Source: Mariprofundaceae bacterium (GTDB lineage: Bacteria > Pseudomonadota > Zetaproteobacteria > Mariprofundales > Mariprofundaceae). Taken from it: DNA of 45,316 nt. The stretch lies in NCBI GenBank assembly GCA_046753585.1, contig JBHHTX010000001.1, positions 1 to 45,316 on the forward strand, in the 5' to 3' direction. The notes beneath the pieces were generated by a model. That model searched no databases. It saw nothing but the letters and a program-made list of their open reading frames with translations, and was not told where the DNA came from. Below, one piece after another: positions 36,318 through 43,997 of the stretch (position 1 is its first letter; the number at the start of each line of letters is the position of its first letter). A program made the translations under genes and the position numbers.

Positions 36318-38483
36318 TCATGTTTTGATTTTCCATGCAGGAATACCTGCATCCGCCTTTTGGCCAAGTTCCAGCAGAGAAGCTTCAAATGTTGTGTTCC
36401 CGCTAAGCAGCGTAATATTTTTGCAACCAAGTCGGGGCTCAATACATACCGTTGTTGTGGCCTTCAGGCCGGAGCCAAACGGTAGTTTAAGATGGTGTTC
36501 ACCGCGTTGCTGCCAGTTCTCTCCATTCCATTGACGCAGATAATGGCTGTCGATACCGCTGCCCATCGGCAATAACAACCAGTTTATCAGGCGTTGCGTC
36601 CTGGTTGTTGGAATCAGATGCCTTGAAGGTTGATCTCTCCAGGACAGTTCACCTTCCGTAAATGGCGTTAACCCCAAGGCAAGCAACCATGTATCCAGCA
36701 AGGCATCAACCGGCCCTTCGCGGTCATAAAATGCAAGCAAATTATCCTGACAGGTAAATGCTGCACTGGCTCCGGAATCAGTTACCAGCCTTAACTGGCC
36801 TGAATGGTTCAGCGAGATATGCATGTCTCGCTCGCCTGTTTCTCCATTTTCTGTGACCCGGTAACAGAACTCCCTGCCTACGCTTAATTTCAGGCTTTCA
36901 AGTAAAGCTGCTTCAACCTTCGGCGTTTTCACCCGCTCGCCAGCCAATGGACGGACAAATAGCTTGAACTGAGCCCGGGAGTTTTCTTCGGGCTGGTGCA
37001 AAACGGTGCTGAGATGAAAAGGGTGCGTGGGGCTACCCAACGTTTCTCCCCATTGAACATGCAAGTGCAAATGAGGCTGTGGAGAACGTCCTGAACTGCC
37101 GCATTCAGCCAGTTTTTGGCCCGGGTTAACGTACATCCCTGTTTCTACGCTGAGACTTCCCTGCTTCAAATGCGCCAAAAGGGCAAATAATCCATTATTC
37201 ATACGAATCAGCACATGATTGCCCCAGTTGTTATCCATATCCACCTGGCCGGGTAAATTATCCGGAAGACTGTCCAGGGTTTTCACCACGACCCCTGTAA
37301 CAGGAGAAAGGACAGGCAGGCCAAAACAATAATAGTCATTAAGACCGGCACCATCGGTGCGATAACTCTCTGCGTTTTCAACAATATAAAAATCAAGTGC
37401 GTGCTGCCAGGGTGGCTGGTGCGTGTGTGGCCCGTCAAAACCTTGATAAATTTCCCATTGGCCATAAAAGGGGGCCAGCACAGGCAGACTACCGAATTCA
37501 CCATGCCGAGCCAGAGCCAGACGGGCTCGTTCCGAACTTTTTTCAGGCAATGCCGGATCTTCCAGAATAACTTGCAGAGATTTTGAAGCCGGTCGTTTGG
37601 TTAATGCCAGCAGAATAGTTGCGGTGGTAATCAGAAAAGGCAGCGCCATCACCGGCAGGCCATATACCAGCATAAATGTTTCCGTGGCGGAGGTTACCAG
37701 CGCGGCAACTACAGCGCCGACCATGGCCAGTAAAAAACTCTGCAGGCCCGGAACTGTGAATATGCCACCCAGAGCCATGGCAACAAGAATAAAATTAAAA
37801 CCGTTCCATGCAACAAGGTCAGGGTGGGGACTTCCGGTCAGAAACGCATAGGTTGCATAGCCGCAGAGAAAACCTGCAATGGCCAACAGCATAAGATAAC
37901 GGGATGTAATGGCCAGTCCGATCAACATCAGCAGGCCGGCAATCGGATGTGGAGAAAAAAATGCGGAGCCCAGCGCGGTCAGGAATTGATCAACAGATGG
38001 TGACACAAGTTCCTCGTAGGGAGCCAGCGGTAGCAGGTAACGACTGAGCGTGCCGTAACTGTGAGCGGCCAGAGTTACGGTCAGGGCAACCACTACAAAT
38101 GGCAGACTCAGTGCTGGCAAGCGATCCAGACGCCACAATACATCAGCCATCGCTACAGTCGCAAATACGGCCAGCAAAGCTCCCAGCACAATCAATACAC
38201 CGAGATAGAAATCAAGTTGGTAATAGGCTCCCAGAGACAATCCGACCAGGAGACTGTTGTAGACATGTAAGCCACTCTCAAGGTTTCTGAATTTCAGCAG
38301 CCTGGCCGTGAACATGCCGACCGCAGCCGCCAGGAGCCCGGAAAGTCCTATATTGGGAAAGTAGAACGTGGCAATGAGAAACAGGCTGCCAACCAGCGGT
38401 CTTTCAGCAAATAGAATCGATCCATAAGCCCTGACCAGACCGGCTGCTGTTTTCTCGAAAGTTTTCAGTGGTTTATCAGACAA
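36318..38483 (-). CDS. Fusion protein: urea-transporter-family (UT) channel domain, M23 zinc metallopeptidase domain, and an uncharacterised C-terminal domain of about 240 aa
   Basis: The UT two-fold internal repeat is visible: YGSILFAERPLVGSLFLI / LGSAFFSPHPIAGLLMLI; GLHVYNSLLVGLSLG / WNGFNFILVAMALGG; LPALSLPFVV / LPVMALPFLI (aa ~15-297). The M23 motifs are HALDF (HxxxD) and PHLHLHV (HxH), with GNHVLIRM between them (aa ~335-480). It has a TTG start, 2 nt after the decarboxylase stop. Confidence 0.85.
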   Translation of the reverse strand: MSDKPLKTFEKTAAGLVRAYGSILFAERPLVGSLFLIATFYFPNIGLSGLLAAAVGMFTARLLKFRNLESGLHVYNSLLVGLSLGAYYQLDFYLGVLIVLGALLAVFATVAMADVLWRLDRLPALSLPFVVVALTVTLAAHSYGTLSRYLLPLAPYEELVSPSVDQFLTALGSAFFSPHPIAGLLMLIGLAITSRYLMLLAIAGFLCGYATYAFLTGSPHPDLVAWNGFNFILVAMALGGIFTVPGLQSFLLAMVGAVVAALVTSATETFMLVYGLPVMALPFLITTATILLALTKRPASKSLQVILEDPALPEKSSERARLALARHGEFGSLPVLAPFYGQWEIYQGFDGPHTHQPPWQHALDFYIVENAESYRTDGAGLNDYYCFGLPVLSPVTGVVVKTLDSLPDNLPGQVDMDNNWGNHVLIRMNNGLFALLAHLKQGSLSVETGMYVNPGQKLAECGSSGRSPQPHLHLHVQWGETLGSPTHPFHLSTVLHQPEENSRAQFKLFVRPLAGERVKTPKVEAALLESLKLSVGREFCYRVTENGETGERDMHISLNHSGQLRLVTDSGASAAFTCQDNLLAFYDREGPVDALLDTWLLALGLTPFTEGELSWRDQPSRHLIPTTRTQRLINWLLLPMGSGIDSHYLRQWNGENWQQRGEHHLKLPFGSGLKATTTVCIEPRLGCKNITLLSGNTTFEASLLELGQKADAGIPAWKIKT

Positions 38484-38485
38484 AA

Positions 38486-39880
38486 TTATTTTTGCTTTTG
38501 GGTCTCTACTGAGCAGAGGTGTGCCGGAATCCTCTCCTGTGCCGTTACCGCTTCCAGATCCTCAGCGGCACGTACTACCGAGACCTGTTGATCCGTATGC
38601 ACCATTACGACATTCGGGCGATATTCGATAAACTGCATCCACTGGGTGTTGTTGTAAGCGCCAACCGGACTGAAAATAAGCGCATCACCAATGCTAAGCG
38701 GGGGCATCATCACCGACGAGCGCATTACATCGATATTCATACAAAGCGGGCCGTACAACACGGTATCTTCCGGCACACCTTCCAGTTCCCGTGTTGGCAT
38801 AACCTGATGATTGTACCAGAAGCTGGTGAACAGGACATTGACGCCGCCATCGAGAACCACCGAGCGACGGCCATCCGGCATGCGCTTGTTGGCAACCACG
38901 GACGTGACAAGAATCTCCGTGTCATCCACCACTGCCCGGCCACTTTCCAGAATTAACCGTGGTCGACCCTTGCCCTGCAAGTCGCGTTCTCTGGTGGCGT
39001 CATTCAATGCGGAACAAATGGCGTCAGCATACTGATCCATGCTGGGGACAACCTGCTCCGGCGGTAGATACGTTCCCTGCAGGGAGTTCATTGATGCAAA
39101 ACCACCGCCGATATCGATGCTTTCAATGCTGCAACCGGTTCTTGATTCCACCGCATCCATAAAAGAACACATGATACGAACCTGGGCCGCATAGGCGCGG
39201 GGATCAAGCACAAAAGTGCCCAGGTGGCTGTGTAATCCAGTCAGGTTCAGATGCTTGCTTTCACCCAGAATACGGGCTGCATCCATCGCCTGACCGGATT
39301 CGATATTAAAACCGAAACGGCTCCAGGGTTCAGTGAATCCGGTATCAAAATTCAAACGCATGGTCAGATCAATCTGCTTATCAGCCCCGGCAGCCACATC
39401 TTCAAGCAAATACAGCTCATCCAGATTATCCAGATGAATACGACCACCCTCCGCTACTACGCGTTCAAGAATAGGCCGCTCCTTGTGGGGGCCATTGAAC
39501 AATATTTTCTCAGCCGGCACACCCAGCGATCGGGCTTTTTCATATTCAAAGGCAGAAACCACCTCTGCCCAGGCCCCTTCCTGATGCAGTGTATTGCAAA
39601 CTGCTGCCAGATAATTGGTTTTGTACGACCAGCTGTAGGTAATATTGGAATACCGTGTTTCAAAGGCACGTAACAATTTACGCACATTATCGCGCAAGCG
39701 TTTCTCCGACAGAATAAACAGCGGTGATCCGAACTCTTCCAGCAGAGGCGCAATGGTTGCGCCTTCAAAGCTGTCCTGAAAATGACTACTGCCGGCACTG
39801 CCAAACTTGTTTAACGATCCGATCCGGTGCGGCGTCAAGGTGGGTTTACTCCATGTTTTTTTACCTTCTTTCTGACTCAT
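38486..39880 (-). CDS. Type III PLP-dependent decarboxylase (Orn/DAP/Arg decarboxylase family 2, LysA-like); substrate unknown
   Basis: FGSPLFILSEKRLRDN, PLP-lysine motif YSWKTNY, DIGGGF, and C-terminal beta-barrel part with GPLCMNIDV and GAY. There is a 4-nt ATGA overlap with the upstream ATP-grasp gene. Confidence 0.85.
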   Translation of the reverse strand: MSQKEGKKTWSKPTLTPHRIGSLNKFGSAGSSHFQDSFEGATIAPLLEEFGSPLFILSEKRLRDNVRKLLRAFETRYSNITYSWSYKTNYLAAVCNTLHQEGAWAEVVSAFEYEKARSLGVPAEKILFNGPHKERPILERVVAEGGRIHLDNLDELYLLEDVAAGADKQIDLTMRLNFDTGFTEPWSRFGFNIESGQAMDAARILGESKHLNLTGLHSHLGTFVLDPRAYAAQVRIMCSFMDAVESRTGCSIESIDIGGGFASMNSLQGTYLPPEQVVPSMDQYADAICSALNDATRERDLQGKGRPRLILESGRAVVDDTEILVTSVVANKRMPDGRRSVVLDGGVNVLFTSFWYNHQVMPTRELEGVPEDTVLYGPLCMNIDVMRSSVMMPPLSIGDALIFSPVGAYNNTQWMQFIEYRPNVVMVHTDQQVSVVRAAEDLEAVTAQERIPAHLCSVETQKQK

Positions 39881-40971
39881 GCTGCCTCTCCGTCCATTTT
39901 ATTCGTGTTTGCGGCATAGTTACCGTGTATTGCCATGGATTCAAATGTACTCAGATCAATGACAGTTTCCTGTGCATAGCGAATCATCATCATGCCTGTT
40001 TTCGGCTCCTCAAGTTTCGGCTTCCGGCCCATTATCAGTTCAACCAGAACGGCCGGCAGATTGCTGCCAGCTTTAGCAGCCAGGTAAATCCAGGCCGGAA
40101 AACGCGGGTTAATTTCAATCAGCAGATATTGTCCATCCGATTCTTTAAGCATTTCCACTTCCAGCGGGCCCGCCCATTGTAGTTCCTGCACCAGTTTCAG
40201 AGCATCTTCCTGCAACTGAGCATCCTCGATGGTGACACATGACCAGGCCTTGCCCTTATCGGTTACAGCCTGTTTTCGCATCATCACCGAACCCAGAAGT
40301 TTGCCCTTACCGTCACCGACAGCAGTCAGGTTCACTTCATGGCCTTTGACGTAACGCTGAACGAGTACAGGATACCCCCAGCTTGCTGCAACCCGCTTGA
40401 ATGCTTCGGCACCTTCATCGGCATTGTGCACAATGCTGGCGTCATAAAAGACCCCCTTCACAACCATCGGGTATTTCCAGCCATCTTCGTGGCAGCTATA
40501 GAAGAAACGGGCGCTGGTAATGTTTTTTGTTTCCGGATAACGGATGCCGGCACTCTTCGCCAGATCACCCAGCCTATCCTTGTTGCGATCACGTAACTGA
40601 TTGACATCGGGTATTAACATCCGAATGCCCAGGTGTTCAAACTCGTGGAGCAAACGGCTAAAGCTGAGAAGCTCTGCATCCAGGCAGGGGATGAGGACAT
40701 CAATGGATTCCTGCTCCCGAATAAAATGCATGCGCTCCATCAGTTGTTGCTCTCCGGCCGAGGGATACGGTAGCAGGTATGCTGTATCACATATTTCATG
40801 CAGGTAAAGTCCTGGATCAAGCACATCATACCCCAGTCCGACAATACGAATCTGCTCTCCATGCGCTAATCTCAGGCAGCGGGCAACTGCCAGACCGGGA
40901 CCCGGATTATCCGGCTTGGCATTCATGCCGGTGATAGCAATGGTTAATTTGTTCTGGCCGGATGTACTCAT
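39877..40971 (-). CDS. ATP-grasp superfamily carboxylate-amine ligase (PylC/CPS-like)
   Basis: N-terminal pre-ATP-grasp Rossmann region (LTIAITGMNA...); ATP-binding YPMVVKG, LVQRYVKGHE, and Mg/ATP motif LLIEINPRFPAW. Both ends have 4-nt ATGA overlaps. Confidence 0.85.
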   Translation of the reverse strand: MSTSGQNKLTIAITGMNAKPDNPGPGLAVARCLRLAHGEQIRIVGLGYDVLDPGLYLHEICDTAYLLPYPSAGEQQLMERMHFIREQESIDVLIPCLDAELLSFSRLLHEFEHLGIRMLIPDVNQLRDRNKDRLGDLAKSAGIRYPETKNITSARFFYSCHEDGWKYPMVVKGVFYDASIVHNADEGAEAFKRVAASWGYPVLVQRYVKGHEVNLTAVGDGKGKLLGSVMMRKQAVTDKGKAWSCVTIEDAQLQEDALKLVQELQWAGPLEVEMLKESDGQYLLIEINPRFPAWIYLAAKAGSNLPAVLVELIMGRKPKLEEPKTGMMMIRYAQETVIDLSTFESMAIHGNYAANTNKMDGEAA

Positions 40972-41786
40972 GTCAGGAATTTGCGCAACTGGCCGGAAAA
41001 ATCTGTGATATCACGCTGGGCATTGGCTTTACTGACTTCGAAATCACGGACAATAGCAACGAGAAGTGCCTCGGCATCGTTGCTGTGTTGTAGAAAATGC
41101 ATTATATACATACCCACTTCGTTGGCGGTAAAGCTTCGTCCATTAACCGGATCAAAGACAAAGCCACTGTCGTTCAAAGCTAGCCTTTGCATCACGTCCA
41201 TGGACGGGAAGATGTTATTGCCGGATTCATTTTTTTCCCATGGTAATTGATTCATCAATCGCTCCTTTTGCCTGTTCCGGTCAGGGTTTTCGGGATTCCA
41301 GGCACGGTAGATTGACCGCATCAAATGATCATTTAAAACGTCCGATGCAATCCCTATGGGTGTTGAACTCAACAGCTCTATTCTTGTCTGTATCACACGC
41401 TGAAACTGAGACCGACAGATTTCCAGTTGTTGGCGCAGATACGGTGTATCCATTGGCTGACAACACAGGAAATTCAACAAAGACTTATCTTGCAGTAAGT
41501 GCTGCAACAGATAAATCAGGCCATCACGACCTGCCGGCATTGCTTCCAGCAACAAACGAAGCTTGTCACCACGTGTTTCCACCCAGTTGGCAAGCATGGC
41601 CTCCTTGGATGAGAAATGCCGAAACAGTACACCGTCGGATATATCGGATTCTCTGGAGACTTGCTGGGTTGTCAGAAAGGCCAACTGATCCCTGGCCGCA
41701 ATACAATCGATGGCAAGTAGCACTTGCTGACAGCGCTTTTTTGTGGTCTCAGTTTTGAGCTGATGTTTACCCATATGCCGCATCAA
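40968..41786 (-). CDS. TetR-family transcriptional regulator with a C-terminal PqqD-like (RiPP-recognition-element-type) domain
   Basis: TetR HTH TTQQVSRESDISDGVLFRHFSSKEAML (aa ~38-66). The C-terminal ~77 aa, LALNDSGFVFDPVNGRSFTANEVGMYIMHFLQHSNDAEALLVAIVRDFEVSKANAQRDITDFSGQLRKF, follow the PqqD-family pattern (small beta-sheet, then a 3-helix bundle, ending D-[VI]-x-x-F-x-x-x-L). Confidence 0.75.
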   Translation of the reverse strand: MMRHMGKHQLKTETTKKRCQQVLLAIDCIAARDQLAFLTTQQVSRESDISDGVLFRHFSSKEAMLANWVETRGDKLRLLLEAMPAGRDGLIYLLQHLLQDKSLLNFLCCQPMDTPYLRQQLEICRSQFQRVIQTRIELLSSTPIGIASDVLNDHLMRSIYRAWNPENPDRNRQKERLMNQLPWEKNESGNNIFPSMDVMQRLALNDSGFVFDPVNGRSFTANEVGMYIMHFLQHSNDAEALLVAIVRDFEVSKANAQRDITDFSGQLRKFLT

Positions 41787-41913
41787 AAATGAGAGTGTTT
41801 ACTTTCACAAGCTTTTTTTGCGTGGCTCTGTAAATAATAATTCAGCCTCCTTCTATTTTTAAATAAGATCGAAACAGGATTGTCACTTAACTGCCCGGAA
41901 TTTTGCAAGAAGT

Positions 41914-43077
41914 TCATGTCTTTTCCCGATTGATCCATTTTTCGGCCGTTGCTACGCTTATAAAGGATCCCAGAATAAGGAAACTGCCCTGTTTCAAGCC
42001 GCACACCTCTGCCTGCAAGGCATCTGCGAGGCTTTTATAGCTCGCGTCAGATGTTCCATTCATTGCGGCGGATGTAATAAGCCGCCCCGTATACGGGCGA
42101 AGCAGGTTTAGTGACCCGCTCAGACAACGATCCTCGCGACAAAAAACAAAGATTGCCTCAAAAGGGGTGGCCAGGGTCTCCAGGCTTGGAAGCAAGGCCT
42201 CGATGGCATGCTGATTGTGCGCTGCATCAAGCCAGAAACGCATTTCCCCCCGTTCAATGCATTGCAACCGCCCGGGAATAAGGGTTGCTGCAATGACTTT
42301 CCGGGCGTGATCAAGGCTATTATTGTAATAGCCCTGTTTCTTGAGCCTTTGCACTGCAGCAAAGGCAAGATCAGCATTGATTCTCTGATGCGCACCACAG
42401 GCTGCAAGATTGGAAAGGTCTGTCGTCTGACTTAATATATCTATGTCCTGCTTATGTGAGCGCAATACTTCGGCAACCTTCGGCACTTGAGGAGCGCTGA
42501 TTGCCCATTGGCAGCCGTTCATAGCATGGGCCTTTTCACGGGCAATATCGGATAGCGACGCCCCCAGCCAGTTCTGATGATCGAGGCCAACGGGGGTAAT
42601 CAGAGCCATGTTTGCCGGTACAGCGGTGGTGGCATCAAGGCGAGCTCCGACTCCTGCTTCCAGTATCTCAACATCAACCTGCCTGGCGCTAAAAAAACTT
42701 AAGGCCAGTACCGTGGCCATTTCAAAATAGCTGGCACCAACCTCCAGCGCTTTTGGCATCAGGTCATTAAGGAGCGATAACAACTCCGTATTACTTATTG
42801 GCAGGCCATTGATTTGTATACGTTCATTAAATTGATGAATATGCGGGGAGGTATACAAGCCTGTTTTCAAACCGCAATCAACAAGTGCGCGGCTCAACAT
42901 GAAAGCGGTAGAACCTTTGCCGTTGGTACCTGCAATACGTATCCGTAATGTTGGGGTGGCCAGCACCACCTGCTCCAGAAGACTTCGCATGCGGGTATGT
43001 CCCGGCTGATAGTGACGGTCTGCAGTCGGAAGGCCCAGTTGCTTTAGCCAGAATTCAATGTTTATGGAGTTGGTCAA
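41914..43077 (-). CDS. folC: Bifunctional folylpolyglutamate synthase / dihydrofolate synthase
   Basis: P-loop GTNGKGST, Mur-ligase fold motifs (ITPVGLDHQNWLG) and DAAHN. Confidence 0.9.
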   Translation of the reverse strand: MTNSINIEFWLKQLGLPTADRHYQPGHTRMRSLLEQVVLATPTLRIRIAGTNGKGSTAFMLSRALVDCGLKTGLYTSPHIHQFNERIQINGLPISNTELLSLLNDLMPKALEVGASYFEMATVLALSFFSARQVDVEILEAGVGARLDATTAVPANMALITPVGLDHQNWLGASLSDIAREKAHAMNGCQWAISAPQVPKVAEVLRSHKQDIDILSQTTDLSNLAACGAHQRINADLAFAAVQRLKKQGYYNNSLDHARKVIAATLIPGRLQCIERGEMRFWLDAAHNQHAIEALLPSLETLATPFEAIFVFCREDRCLSGSLNLLRPYTGRLITSAAMNGTSDASYKSLADALQAEVCGLKQGSFLILGSFISVATAEKWINREKT

Positions 43078-43118
43078 GGAAAGTGAAGCTTACGGCGAAG
43101 ATCGCCAGTTTATTGAAG

Positions 43119-43994
43119 TCAGGATGTAAGGGGCGGGCGATAGGGATGATTCATTAAGTGGCCAAACAACACATCCAGATAATCTCTGACTTCTCTTCGG
43201 TCTACGATATCATCTATCAGACCGTGTTCGAGCAGGAATTCAGGTCGCTGAAAGCCTTCAGGCAATTCCTGATTCACCGTTTCCTTGATCACACGTGGAC
43301 CTGCGAATCCGATAAGGGCTCCGGGTTCAGCCAGGATGATATCTCCCAACCATGCAACGGAAGCAGATACGCCACCCATGGTCGGGTCACTCAGCAGGCA
43401 AACAAAGGGAAGTCGTGCCTCCTGAAGTTTGGCAGCAACAGCTGAGGCTTTGGCCATTTGCATCAGGGAGAAGATACCTTCCTGCATGCGGGCTCCGCCG
43501 GAGGCCGTAACGAGGAGATATGGCCATCCGTTTTCAATCGCCCGATCCATTGCCCTTACAAGTTTTTCGCCGACGACAGAACCCATACTTCCGCCCATAA
43601 AATCAAATTCAAACACCGATACGGAAATAGAGCGGCCCTTGATCGTGCCGGTAAAGTTGCGCAATGCATCCTGATTTCCTGTGCGTTTACAGGAATCCTT
43701 CAAACGATCACGATAGCGTTTTTTGTCGCGGAAATTCAGTGTATCGACCGAACGCAGGTTTTCATCGCATAACTGGAGACTATTGTTATCAAAAAGGAAA
43801 CCGGCTCGGTCTATGGCCGTGATACGCAGATGCTGAGAGCAGCTTGGGCAAACCATCTGATTTTTCACCAGTTCACGATTATAAATAGCTTCTCCACATC
43901 CCGGACATTTCTCCCACAGTCCTTCAGGGGTTCCTTCAGCACGGGAGCCCAGCATCCGCTTTGGTTTTTCGATAAATCGGGTAATCCAGTTCAT
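43119..43994 (-). CDS. accD: Acetyl-CoA carboxylase carboxyltransferase beta subunit
   Basis: N-terminal Cys4 zinc ribbon CPGCGEAIYNRELVKNQMVCPSCSQH. The carboxyltransferase core has GGSMGSVVGEK and GGARMQEG. Confidence 0.95.
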   Translation of the reverse strand: MNWITRFIEKPKRMLGSRAEGTPEGLWEKCPGCGEAIYNRELVKNQMVCPSCSQHLRITAIDRAGFLFDNNSLQLCDENLRSVDTLNFRDKKRYRDRLKDSCKRTGNQDALRNFTGTIKGRSISVSVFEFDFMGGSMGSVVGEKLVRAMDRAIENGWPYLLVTASGGARMQEGIFSLMQMAKASAVAAKLQEARLPFVCLLSDPTMGGVSASVAWLGDIILAEPGALIGFAGPRVIKETVNQELPEGFQRPEFLLEHGLIDDIVDRREVRDYLDVLFGHLMNHPYRPPLTS

Positions 43995-43997
43995 ATC

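Noticed and set aside
41918-42004. Upstream part of the 73-aa ORF 41783..42004 (-)
   Set aside because: This portion overlaps the folC 3' coding region out of frame. Only the distal 44 codons, which start at the ATG overlapping the folC stop, are worth considering (see findings).
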